In this document: one piece after another, positions 33,835-42,561 of the stretch | Position numbering within the stretch: the stretch's first letter is position 1 | Layout of the letters: every line of letters begins with the position of its first letter | Virus record (IMG/VR): IMGVR_UViG_3300049174_000104 | Coordinates: 1 to 48,186 of that record | Source: a virus | Taxonomy: Duplodnaviria; Caudoviricetes | Length of the DNA: 48,186 nt | Direction: 5' to 3' (one strand) | The notes under the pieces: model-generated | The model's database searches: none | What the model saw: only the letters and a program-made list of their open reading frames with translations | What the model was told of the DNA's origin: nothing | Position numbers and translations under genes: made by a program

Positions 33835-34712
33835 GCTACGACGTCCAGATCCTCGCCGATTCGATCTGCGACTACCCGCGGCTGACCACGATGCAGGTCA
33901 CGTTCCCGCGGTACGTGCTCGCCGAGTTCAACACCCACCGCGTCTTCAGCCGCAACTCTGCGAGCTCGCGCGCGATCCCTGTGGCCACGATGCTCGAACG
34001 CGTGGAGCAAGCTCCGTTCGTGCCCTTCTATTGGGGCAAGAACCAGAAGGGCATGCAGGCCGACGAGGAGCTCGATGACAAGACAATCTCCGAGGCCGAA
34101 CGACAGTGGAGAGCGGCAGCCGACGATGCTGCCTATCGCGCCCGGGCCCTCATGAACATCGGCGTGCACAAGCAGATCACAAACCGGCTGCTCGAGCCGT
34201 TTCTGTGGCACACGGTCATCGTGACCGCGACCGAATGGGAGAACTTCTTCAACCTGCGCTGTCATCCCGACGCGAGCCCGGAGTTGCGCAACGCCGCTGT
34301 GCTGATGCGCGAGGTGTACGAGTCGCATGTGCCCCGCGAGCTCAAGCAGGGAGAGTGGCACCTGCCGCTCTGGCACGGTGAGGACGTGGAAGAGAGCAAG
34401 AGGGGCGAGCTCAGGACCGGCGGCGGTTACTATGGCTTGCTCTGCAAGCGTCAAGATTTCAAAGGCGTCCCCGCAGCTGCCTGGATCAGCGCAGCTCGCT
34501 GCGCGCGAGTCAGCTACCTGACGCATGATGGTGTCCGCGACACGACGGCCGACATCGATCTCGCCACCCGACTGCTCAAAGCAGGGCACATGAGCCCATT
34601 CGAGCATCCGGCGGTTGCATTCGCGGATCTGAAGTACCAGTTCAACGGCAACTTCCGCGGATGGACGCAGCTGCGCAAATGCATCAAAGGCGAGGAGGTG
34701 TTTCGGCCATGA
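33831..34712 (+). CDS. thyX: Flavin-dependent thymidylate synthase
   Basis: EFNTHRVFSRNSASSRA, SAARCARVSY, GHMSPFEH. Confidence 0.92.
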   Translation: MSYDVQILADSICDYPRLTTMQVTFPRYVLAEFNTHRVFSRNSASSRAIPVATMLERVEQAPFVPFYWGKNQKGMQADEELDDKTISEAERQWRAAADDAAYRARALMNIGVHKQITNRLLEPFLWHTVIVTATEWENFFNLRCHPDASPELRNAAVLMREVYESHVPRELKQGEWHLPLWHGEDVEESKRGELRTGGGYYGLLCKRQDFKGVPAAAWISAARCARVSYLTHDGVRDTTADIDLATRLLKAGHMSPFEHPAVAFADLKYQFNGNFRGWTQLRKCIKGEEVFRP

Positions 34713-35002
34713 GCAACGATATGATCACACCAGGGTCAGCGTGGGACTTCATCCTCAAGGCGAGCAGTTCCATGGGCGACCAGATGGGGTTCGTTGCAGG
34801 CGGCGTCATAGCGACGGCCACCCACTACCTCCGGCACGACCGCGCAGATCTGGCCCTGCAGATGCTCGAGTTCTTCGAGCGTTACTCGGAGGAGCAAGCC
34901 ACCCCAACGGACATCGCCTTTGCCGAGGAGCTGAAGAAGAGAGCCGAAAACGGGGAGTTCGGGGAACTCAGGGAGTCGGAGCGCGGCGACGATGGCAACT
35001 AG
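34709..35002 (+). CDS. Hypothetical protein
   Basis: ATGA coupling with thyX. Confidence 0.6.
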   Translation: MSNDMITPGSAWDFILKASSSMGDQMGFVAGGVIATATHYLRHDRADLALQMLEFFERYSEEQATPTDIAFAEELKKRAENGEFGELRESERGDDGN

Positions 35003-35279
35003 AAGAAGGCGCCCTGAGCCCGTTGCGCAGGACAAGATCCCCAACGTCGAGATCGAATACGCGCGCCCGCCCGAGGACGCGAAGCAGAATACCAAGGAGC
35101 CGGATAGGCTCGCCACGATGATGCGGTGCGACGAACAGGGCTGGCAGCGTGGCGTGGTCGAAGGCGCAGCGTGGGCGCTCCAGCTCGTGCGCACCATGAG
35201 CATCGACGAGGCTCGTATCGAGCTCGTCACCCGGTTCGGCGGGCTCGCCGAGGACGAGCTCGCAAGGAGAGGCATATGA
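34992..35279 (+). CDS. Hypothetical protein
   Basis: Fills the operon; natural composition. Confidence 0.55.
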   Translation: MATRRRRPEPVAQDKIPNVEIEYARPPEDAKQNTKEPDRLATMMRCDEQGWQRGVVEGAAWALQLVRTMSIDEARIELVTRFGGLAEDELARRGI

Positions 35280-35570
35280 GGACGCACAAAGAACGCTACG
35301 ACGCGCAACGGGGTGTCATGCATGACAACCTGCTCGACCGCTTGCTCACCAATGGAGCCATCTCCGAAGACACAGCCGTGCCGCTCTATGGCTCAGCGGC
35401 TTCGCTCGCCAACGAGATCGACTCCAAGCGAATCGGCCACGTCTTCCCAAGGGATCGCGGCGTCGTGCGCTGGTACGCGAGGGCGAGCGAATGATCAAGC
35501 TGCCCACGCTCGAGTCGAACATCGCGATGATCCGCGCGTGCTATCGGGTCGTGGAAGGCGCCGATCCGTG

Positions 35571-36128
35571 ATGGGAGTTGTAAAACGAATCCAGTGCAGT
35601 CCAGAAGCCGCACGCGAGACATTGCTGTCGCTTGTGTCGACAATCTTCACATCTGTACACGATCATCATCGCGCCATTCGAGAGCAGCTCCAAGCCATCG
35701 GCATGGAGCTGCATGGTTTCCGTCGCTCACTACAAACTATACTTTCCGACGACTTCGATGCCCCGATCGGAGCGATCCCTGACGCGTGGATAGTCAGTCG
35801 CGGCCGGTGCGATTGGTATCCAGGCAATGGCTTGCTCGCTCTCGTAGAGTGCGATTTTACACACCACACTGGCGTGGGCAAGTGGAGTGAGTGGGCTGTG
35901 CAGTTGGACGATTTGTGCTGGACGACCGCAGTGTTCACTATCGAGAGTTCGGGTCGGGCATTTTTGCGGTGGACCGACATCGAGCTGATGCGTGCATATA
36001 ACGAAAAATATGCAGATGCGATCGGTATGAATGCTGACGAGCGGGCCAGGTTCTTCGCGCTAATGGAGGAACTTAGCGGACTGACTCCAGAGCTGTATAA
36101 GAGATTGCCAGGTAACCATGCCGCCTGA
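35571..36128 (+). CDS. Hypothetical protein of atypically low GC
   Basis: Visibly more A/T at third positions than the flanking genes. Confidence 0.6.
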   Translation: MGVVKRIQCSPEAARETLLSLVSTIFTSVHDHHRAIREQLQAIGMELHGFRRSLQTILSDDFDAPIGAIPDAWIVSRGRCDWYPGNGLLALVECDFTHHTGVGKWSEWAVQLDDLCWTTAVFTIESSGRAFLRWTDIELMRAYNEKYADAIGMNADERARFFALMEELSGLTPELYKRLPGNHAA

Positions 36129-36624
36129 GCGCTACGCCGGCCGCATCCACGTCGAGCCCAACACAGGCTGCTGGCTCTGGGCAGGGGCCACGAGCAGCCG
36201 CGGATACTCGTCGATCCGTGTCGGCAGATCGGCGAGGCAAGGCCACCTCGTCATCTACGAGCTCGTCGTTGGCCAGTTGCCCGAAGGACTACGCGAGCTC
36301 GACCATCTCTGTCGCACACGAGCGTGCGTGAATCCTGCCCATCTCGAGCCCGTGACGCGCAGCGAGAACAACCGTCGCTCGACGTGTCACAGACACGAAG
36401 CCTTCGTGGCCCAACAGCGACCCGGCAAAAAACACCGCGCGATCGCGGTGCCGGCCTACGCGGCCTCGGCAGCGGATGCTGTCTTCTTGGACGATTTGCG
36501 ACGTGGCGCCCTGGCGACTTTCCTGGACGCCTCCTCGGCCTCTTGCGCCTCGACCATCTTGCATTGGACGAGCTGCGTGGCCACCAGGCCGGTAATGCGC
36601 GGCTGCTTTGCAATGATCTTGTAG
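36118..36624 (+). CDS. HNH endonuclease
   Basis: GCWLWAG...GY...YE..VG..PEG..LDHLCR.RACVNPAHLEPVT..EN..R. Confidence 0.9.
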   Translation: MPPERYAGRIHVEPNTGCWLWAGATSSRGYSSIRVGRSARQGHLVIYELVVGQLPEGLRELDHLCRTRACVNPAHLEPVTRSENNRRSTCHRHEAFVAQQRPGKKHRAIAVPAYAASAADAVFLDDLRRGALATFLDASSASCASTILHWTSCVATRPVMRGCFAMIL

Positions 36625-36731
36625 AGCTTTCCTGCAAGCGCTTCGGCTTTTGCGAAGTCCTTCTTGTCGTGCATCATGATCGCGATCAGCTCGCGCATCT
36701 TTGTTGCTGCGGACGCTTTTTTCTTCGGCAT
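36456..36731 (-). CDS. Small basic helical protein
   Basis: MPKKKASAATKMREL...; Lys/Ala-rich; overlaps the HNH tail on the opposite strand. Confidence 0.6.
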   Translation of the reverse strand: MPKKKASAATKMRELIAIMMHDKKDFAKAEALAGKLYKIIAKQPRITGLVATQLVQCKMVEAQEAEEASRKVARAPRRKSSKKTASAAEAA

Positions 36732-36743
36732 GCCGGCAGCATA

Positions 36744-36777
36744 CAAGAAAAACGCCCGTTGGCAGTGCCTTCGGGCG
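36744..36777 (-). terminator. Intrinsic terminator-like hairpin
   Basis: Minus strand CGCCCG-aaggcactgccaa-CGGGCG-TTTTTCTT. Confidence 0.6.
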
Positions 36778-36878
36778 GCGGCTTCAGCTGTCCATTACGC
36801 GGGCTGCGTTGTCGGTCTGCACGACGCGGGCGGACAGACAGGGCCCCTCCCGCCACCGCGCCGTCTTGCTTCTCGACC
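36744..36878 (-). ncRNA. Candidate structured sRNA or attenuator leader
   Basis: Lies between a good promoter and a terminator; nested stems GCGGUGGC/GCCGCCGC and CUGUCC/GGACAG. Confidence 0.4.
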
Positions 36879-36883
36879 AGGCC

Positions 36884-36913
36884 ACTGTACCGCGATCGAC
36901 AAAAACCGGTCAA
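36884..36913 (-). promoter_or_regulatory. Putative sigma-70 promoter
   Basis: Minus strand TTGACC-N18-TACAGT. Confidence 0.65.
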
Positions 36914-36976
36914 CATGCAGCGTAACGATGCCCGATGGCGATTGCGGCCAGATCACGCGATCGACGTAGCGGCCGC

Positions 36977-38002
36977 CTAGTCATCTTCGTCGATGCGCTC
37001 GGCGAGCTCGTGCGGCTGCTGACGGCGGCGCATGTCGTAGCGGAAGAGGGTCTCCGGCTTCACGTGCCCGGAGATCTTCATCGCGGCGCCGTAGTTGCCG
37101 TCGGCCTTCTCGAGCCCGCGCGTGATGCAGAGCCGGCGGAAGTCGTGCGGCTTCAGGTCGACGCCGGCTTCCTTGCAGCGCCGCTCGATCATGTGGCTGA
37201 TGGCCCGCTCGCCGATGCGCTCAGACTTCTCGCTGATGAAGAGCGCCGGAGACGAGCGGCCGCACTCCTTGAGCCACGCAGCTCGGACACGCATCCAGTG
37301 CGCGACGACTTCCGCGGTCGGCTTCGGCAACGGCTTGCCCTTCACCCTGCGCTTGCCCTTGCCGCGCGTGGCAATGACGTGGTTTTCGACGTCGACGTTG
37401 ACGACATCGACGCGAGAGGCATCGACGCGTCGCATGGCGCACGCGTACATCACACGCAAGAGCGCCAGATCGCGGAGCAAGAGCACTGCGACGCGGTGCC
37501 GGATCGTGCCGTTGCGGAGTCGGACCGCCGCATCGGCGACTCGGCCTTCGAGATATGCGCGCAGCTTCAGCCACTCAGCGCGGCCTTGCTCGGCGGACCC
37601 GAGCGGCAACACGTCGTCGTCGGCTTCGACCCGCGGGCCACGAACCGTGCGCGACAAGGTCCACGCGCAGCGTTCGGTGGCGCTCGCGAGCTCGATGAAG
37701 TTGCGCAGGATCGACAGTCGCTGCTGAATGGTCGCGGGCGCGAGTTCGGCGGCATCCATCGCATCGACCCACCGTTGCACGACGAGGTGAGCCTCGCCCT
37801 TGCTCATCTTGCAGAGCATGCCGAGCGCTACGACGGGGCTTTCGTGCCCGAACCATTCCGCGAAGCGGCGCAGCGCCGAGCGATACTGCCGAAGCGTCTC
37901 CGGGCTCTTGCGCGTGAAGAACTTGTCGACGAGCTCAGCGAACGGATCGAAGCCTCTCTGCGCCGGCAGCTCGCGCTTCGGTATCGCGATCGCCTTGGTC
38001 AC
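36977..38002 (-). CDS. int: Tyrosine recombinase/integrase (XerC-like)
   Basis: RD.ALL..MY..AMRR (R), RGKG (K), PHDFRR (HxxR), SGH (H), FRYD (Y); GTGA-coupled start. Confidence 0.93.
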   Translation of the reverse strand: MTKAIAIPKRELPAQRGFDPFAELVDKFFTRKSPETLRQYRSALRRFAEWFGHESPVVALGMLCKMSKGEAHLVVQRWVDAMDAAELAPATIQQRLSILRNFIELASATERCAWTLSRTVRGPRVEADDDVLPLGSAEQGRAEWLKLRAYLEGRVADAAVRLRNGTIRHRVAVLLLRDLALLRVMYACAMRRVDASRVDVVNVDVENHVIATRGKGKRRVKGKPLPKPTAEVVAHWMRVRAAWLKECGRSSPALFISEKSERIGERAISHMIERRCKEAGVDLKPHDFRRLCITRGLEKADGNYGAAMKISGHVKPETLFRYDMRRRQQPHELAERIDEDD

Positions 38003-38481
38003 AGGTGCTCTCGGCCTTCTCCGTAGACGTCGATTTTCACGCGCGTCATCGTCTCGGCCGGGCACGGATTCCAGAACGTGACCTGCATCGTCCTGTCAAA
38101 TGTGGGATTCGAATAGACCGACCACCTCACGGCCCGAGCGCGAAAGCGGTTCTTGGGCGGGCACCACATCGCGCTGTCGATGTAGCTAGTGGTCGCCCCG
38201 TCGGGATAGCAGACGTTGACGCATTCTTGCGGAGCACTCCGGATGAGCACGGACGTGATCCGCATGAACCGCATGTCGCGCGTCGCCTCGTCCCACGCGT
38301 ACATCGCAACGGCGAACGGGCGCATGAACGGGAATGGCTTGCCGTCGAGGGACAGAGTCATCGTGCACGCGGTCTGTCCGACGGATACGCACGACTGCGT
38401 GTCCATGTCGCAGTGGCTCGTGAGCCAATCGAGCTCGAGCCATGCTCCGACGTCGGAGTCCGGAAGAAGAATGTTGGTCAT
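37999..38481 (-). CDS. Hypothetical protein
   Basis: GGAGG RBS; coupled on both sides. Confidence 0.6.
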   Translation of the reverse strand: MTNILLPDSDVGAWLELDWLTSHCDMDTQSCVSVGQTACTMTLSLDGKPFPFMRPFAVAMYAWDEATRDMRFMRITSVLIRSAPQECVNVCYPDGATTSYIDSAMWCPPKNRFRARAVRWSVYSNPTFDRTMQVTFWNPCPAETMTRVKIDVYGEGREHL

Positions 38482-38852
38482 CGTCGCACCTCCACGCAGG
38501 CTTGCGTTGGCCATTCGATGTCGATGTTGAGCCGCATCGCAGTGTCCCAGCAGTCGCTCGTGCCGCGCTCGCCCGCGAACGCGATGCAGAGATTGGCGAT
38601 GGGCGGACCGACGAGCATCTCACGATTGCGGGCGTGGCCGCCGAACTTGCCGAGCCGAGACTTGTACGGGTGCACCTCGATCAGCACCTCTTTGTGGTGC
38701 GCGACGAGGTGGTCGTGCACGTCGCTGTCGATGCCCCGCGCACCGCCATGCCGGACCGTGTGGATCCGAAAAAGACGGATGAGCTTGTCGAGCTCGCGCC
38801 TGCCGAGATCCGTGAGCTGGAAGATCCGTCCGCCTGTGACAACCGCGATCAT
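38478..38852 (-). CDS. SLOG-superfamily protein (DUF2493/YspA-like)
   Basis: VVTGGR, HGGARGID, G..ARNREML, CIAF.G..GT. Confidence 0.85.
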   Translation of the reverse strand: MIAVVTGGRIFQLTDLGRRELDKLIRLFRIHTVRHGGARGIDSDVHDHLVAHHKEVLIEVHPYKSRLGKFGGHARNREMLVGPPIANLCIAFAGERGTSDCWDTAMRLNIDIEWPTQACVEVRR

Positions 38853-39505
38853 GGAAGTTGATCGGCAGGGAATACGCGGTCGCTTTGCGCGAGCTCGAGC
38901 GCGGCCTTCAGCACGATTGCCCTGAGCCCGCGCACCATATGAGTCTCATCGAGTCGCGGTGGCTCGCCAGCTGCATCGTAGAGCCATGCGTCGCAGACGA
39001 ACATGCCGAACGGCTGCTCGATCAAAATGTCACTGTCGCAGTTCCTGATCCACCACTCGTCGGGTGGCTCGGGCTTGCCGTTCACGAACACAACTTGCGA
39101 AGGCCCGCGGGCGGTGATCCGGTATCGCTCCCCGGTACATTCGATGTCCACGTCGCGAGTCACACGCGCGTCCGGATCGCCGAGCTCGAGCCAATGCAGC
39201 CAGATCTGATTCGTTTTCCGGAGTAGCTCAGGAGCGCTGCTCGTGGCGTCACCGAGATACGCGTTGGCCTCGCGATATTCATCGCAGATGCCATCCGGGA
39301 ACAATCGTCGAAACGCCCGCGCCCCGTGCTCGGAAACCACCTTGAATCTCGAGTTCAGATTGTCGGCGCCCCAGCGCTCCTTCGCAACGACGACCTTTCC
39401 CGTCGTAGCGAGCATCACCCAGTAGGTGTCGCCGCAGAACTGCACGAGCTCGACAAGCCCGATCTCCATGTGGTTGTAGTTGCTCGACGTGGCCATGTGA
39501 AACAT
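38849..39505 (-). CDS. Hypothetical protein
   Basis: AAGGAGG RBS. Confidence 0.65.
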   Translation of the reverse strand: MFHMATSSNYNHMEIGLVELVQFCGDTYWVMLATTGKVVVAKERWGADNLNSRFKVVSEHGARAFRRLFPDGICDEYREANAYLGDATSSAPELLRKTNQIWLHWLELGDPDARVTRDVDIECTGERYRITARGPSQVVFVNGKPEPPDEWWIRNCDSDILIEQPFGMFVCDAWLYDAAGEPPRLDETHMVRGLRAIVLKAALELAQSDRVFPADQLP

Positions 39506-39507
39506 GA

Positions 39508-39780
39508 TTAGCCCTCCTTGAATGCGCGTGCGAGCGCTTCGGCAAAACGCTTTGCGGCGCTGAGCGTCGGCGCGACTCCGGCTCCGAAGTACCTGTCGTC
39601 GTGGCGATCGTGGTAGCCGAAGGCGCGCACGCACCATTCCCAGTGATAGGTCCTCCGGCGACTACCCTCCGCGATCGCAAAACGCCTTGGCCACGCCTCG
39701 AGCCTGACCGTGCGATTCTTTGCTACCGCGACATAGGCCCGATGGCCGCCTTTGCCATCGCGCTCCCACTTCGGACTCAT
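39508..39780 (-). CDS. Hypothetical protein
   Basis: ATGA coupling. Confidence 0.55.
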   Translation of the reverse strand: MSPKWERDGKGGHRAYVAVAKNRTVRLEAWPRRFAIAEGSRRRTYHWEWCVRAFGYHDRHDDRYFGAGVAPTLSAAKRFAEALARAFKEG

Positions 39781-40043
39781 ACGCGCCGCCCCGCGGACAG
39801 CATCGCCATGCGGATATTGCAGGCTGTGGCCTCGTTGGCCTCCATGTCGGCCTTCCACTTCATGGCCCACTTGGTCCAGTACCAACGACCGAAGCGCGTC
39901 GTCGCGTACACAGCTCGTCTGCTCGCGCGGACGTAGAACCACGCCGCGCTCTTGCGACGCTCCTGCACGGTCTGCTTCGCGAGCGAGAAGATGCCGGCGA
40001 CGACTTCATCGGCCTCGGCAATTGCGTCTTTTGCGATGCTCAT
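39777..40043 (-). CDS. Hypothetical protein
   Basis: GAGGA RBS; ATGA coupling. Confidence 0.55.
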   Translation of the reverse strand: MSIAKDAIAEADEVVAGIFSLAKQTVQERRKSAAWFYVRASRRAVYATTRFGRWYWTKWAMKWKADMEANEATACNIRMAMLSAGRRV

Positions 40044-40260
40044 CTTGTTCCTCTCAATCTGATTGCTTCCACGAGATGTTTGCGAGCGGAGCGCCTCCAT
40101 CGATCAATGCTCGATGGACAGGCCCGGTACCGTGCCAATGCATGCCCGCGTGCGCAGTGCTTTGCGGCCTCAAACTCCAATCCGGCCTCATCGCGTGTGG
40201 CCAGCTCTCGCCACCGGCCGCCGCCGTAGTGCTCGTTGAGCGCAGCGTCACGATCGTAAC

Positions 40261-40824
40261 TCATGGCCAATCTACCACAGGTGTATCGTAGCCAAGGCGA
40301 ACAGGATGACGCGGCGATCCTCTGCGCGTGCGCCCGAGGCACTGCGTCGCAGCCTCGAGCTCGGTGATCATGCGCCGCATCTGGGACTCGCGTGCGACGG
40401 GCAGATTATCTCCCCACGCGACCATCGCCGCTCGGCCCTTCCGGGCCCACGCGAGAATGCGAGCCAAGTTCGCGTCGTTTCCGGGCCCGATACGATCGGC
40501 CTCGCGCTGCGCAAGCATCACGTTGGGGTCCGTCGCGCGGAATGCATATGCGTTGGCGATGATGATCCCACCGAATCCCCACCTCTTCGAGTATCCGATG
40601 CAACGCGTGATCGTGGGGTCGAGCTGCTCGTGTGTCGCCGTCGAGGGGTTCAGCATGATCCACGGCAGCGGCGGGGCCCCGTCGTCCCAATGCCTCCATA
40701 GGAGGAATCGGTACATGGCAACGCCGACGTCATCGTTGTCGAACGTCGCGCCCGCATAGCGGTCCCCTTGGCGCACGCCGATGCCATCCGCGAGAGCTAT
40801 GTTGATTCGACTTGCTTCGGTCAT
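40261..40824 (-). CDS. DUF1643-family protein
   Basis: YRFLLWRHW, WIMLNPSTA, DPTITRC, WGFGG, N.YAFRATDP, AWG, PRHP. Confidence 0.9.
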   Translation of the reverse strand: MTEASRINIALADGIGVRQGDRYAGATFDNDDVGVAMYRFLLWRHWDDGAPPLPWIMLNPSTATHEQLDPTITRCIGYSKRWGFGGIIIANAYAFRATDPNVMLAQREADRIGPGNDANLARILAWARKGRAAMVAWGDNLPVARESQMRRMITELEAATQCLGRTRRGSPRHPVRLGYDTPVVDWP

Positions 40825-41018
40825 TTTCGTATCGTCTCGTGGGTGGTGTATTTGTGGCCGCAGTCGAGACACTCGCGCCTGCGTCGGATCGATGTTGGAC
40901 GTTTGCGAGAATCGGAGCACAACACGTTCTCGGAGCTGCATACTGGGCACCGCCACGGCGGCATGCCCTCGGTCGGAGCCGGAAGGGCTTCGCAGCGATC
41001 GTCGCTGTCGAGGATCAT
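40821..41018 (-). CDS. Stand-alone NrdR-like zinc-ribbon protein
   Basis: RCPVC...DSR...IRRRRECLDCGHKYTTHE; no ATP-cone. Confidence 0.85.
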   Translation of the reverse strand: MILDSDDRCEALPAPTEGMPPWRCPVCSSENVLCSDSRKRPTSIRRRRECLDCGHKYTTHETIRK

Positions 41019-41374
41019 GGCCGGCCGTCGATCCAGTGCACCGAAGCTCCGGCATCGCAGTGCTCGGTGAGAACCTGATCGAAGTCGGCGTACAACAGCG
41101 TGGCGATCTCAGGCTCGTCGAACGCGGAGCGCCAGCGCATCGCGACATGCCCGTCGCTGAACTCGAGCCCCTCGGCAACGACTCCGAGCCGCCGCTGCTG
41201 ACCCGTCGGGTCGTGCGTGCGATGCAGCTCGAAGCGGCGCATTGGCTTGGGGCTGACGACGACCGGGTCGCCGTCCTGCTGCAGCAGCTGCACAGCCCCT
41301 CGCACGTTGAAGCCGAGAGCAAACGACGATGTTGCGATGGCCAAACAGGTCAGGGTGAAGTCCGTCAGCCTCAT
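41015..41374 (-). CDS. Phage hypothetical protein
   Basis: RRFELHR..D..G...VAEG.EFSDG.VA.RW; coupled on both sides. Confidence 0.65.
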   Translation of the reverse strand: MRLTDFTLTCLAIATSSFALGFNVRGAVQLLQQDGDPVVVSPKPMRRFELHRTHDPTGQQRRLGVVAEGLEFSDGHVAMRWRSAFDEPEIATLLYADFDQVLTEHCDAGASVHWIDGRP

Positions 41375-41658
41375 CGCGCACCTCGCAGGTTGTTCTCGAG
41401 ATGGCGCTTCAGCGTTCCATCGTTGATGCCGAGCACGTACGCAACGGCCTTGCGCGTGCGGAATCGTTCGAAGAGCGCGCGCAGCTCTTCGCGCGGCGGC
41501 AACGTGACCGGCTGCGCGCCTTGTCGCTTGAGCAGGCCGGCTTCGCGAACGACATCGCGGACCGTGGGCACGGCCGTGCTCATGAACAGGGCCGTGTCTT
41601 TGACGTTGCCGTACTTCTTGTATGCCTCGATGATCGCGGCTCGCTTTTCGTCGGTCAT
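41371..41658 (-). CDS. Tandem helix-turn-helix (Fis-like) DNA-binding protein
   Basis: IIEAYKKYGNVKDTA...PTV and LFERFRTRKAVAYVLGINDGTLKRHL. Confidence 0.65.
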   Translation of the reverse strand: MTDEKRAAIIEAYKKYGNVKDTALFMSTAVPTVRDVVREAGLLKRQGAQPVTLPPREELRALFERFRTRKAVAYVLGINDGTLKRHLENNLRGAR

Positions 41659-42419
41659 TTGCAGTGCTCCTCGAAATGCGCCCATGCGGATGCACAGGCG
41701 GCGCTCTTGCTCTGGAACCCAGTCTTCCATGCGCACGGTCCCAGCGTCAGCCCGGCGGTCGTCGTCCATTGCCACTCTTCGTCGCCAACGATTTGCCGTT
41801 TGACGGCGTAGCCCGGAGGAGGTACGTGTTGCCGCACCGCATCGACGACGGCCATCACCAGCTCGGCATAGGGCAGCGTCGTGGCGATTCTGCTCGCGTA
41901 TCGCGGCTGAGCAGGATCGGCCGACTGTGACGGGGCTGCCGAGCTGCGCACGAAGTCGTAGTGCCGCCGGAGCACCTCGATCGCCGTATCGACGCTGCCA
42001 TAGTAGATGCCGATCGCCTCGCCGTCGTGGGGGTCACGGGCGCTTGCCCAGACGGACTCGCTCCCGTCGTCGCGGACGCACCTGGTCACCGTGTAGCCGG
42101 GCGGCACGTCGCTATCCTTCGCCGTGAACGTTTCCGTGTTCACTATGTTCGGACAGACGATCCCATCGATACGATCCGCGAGCGAGTACATTGCAACCGT
42201 GATATCGACTCGCTCCATGCCGTCGTCCCAGCGCGCCTTCAGTTCGCGCAGCGCCGGGCCAATCGCATCGTCGGCGATCTCGCTCTGTCGCTCGCGCGGA
42301 TCGAGCTCGTCGGCGAGTTTGCGCAGCTCGTAGACGACTTGCTCCTTCCTGCCCGCACGCCACATCTGCGCGAGTCGGCAAAGGTTGTCGAGGAGATTGA
42401 TTGCTTCTTCGTCGTTCAT
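41655..42419 (-). CDS. Hypothetical protein with internal duplications
   Basis: LADELD/LADRID and VPPGYTV/VPPPGYAV. Confidence 0.6.
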   Translation of the reverse strand: MNDEEAINLLDNLCRLAQMWRAGRKEQVVYELRKLADELDPRERQSEIADDAIGPALRELKARWDDGMERVDITVAMYSLADRIDGIVCPNIVNTETFTAKDSDVPPGYTVTRCVRDDGSESVWASARDPHDGEAIGIYYGSVDTAIEVLRRHYDFVRSSAAPSQSADPAQPRYASRIATTLPYAELVMAVVDAVRQHVPPPGYAVKRQIVGDEEWQWTTTAGLTLGPCAWKTGFQSKSAACASAWAHFEEHCK

Positions 42420-42561
42420 CTGCCCTCGGCAGCCTTCCGCAGCGCGGCTGCGGTTTTGTAGAGCGTGGTGTTGGTGAAGCGCACGAGCTGGTGGCCGACC
42501 ACGAAGAGGTTCGTGACGACATGGCAGCACTCGCGCGCAAATCGGATCGCTTCACGAAGCA

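Noticed and set aside
40810-40824. MTEAS start shared between the DUF1643 gene and the two spike paralogues; MAAKKKS shared by the genes at 11115 and 45577
   Set aside because: The matches are short and similarity stops immediately, so they are probably coincidence or low-complexity basic tails.
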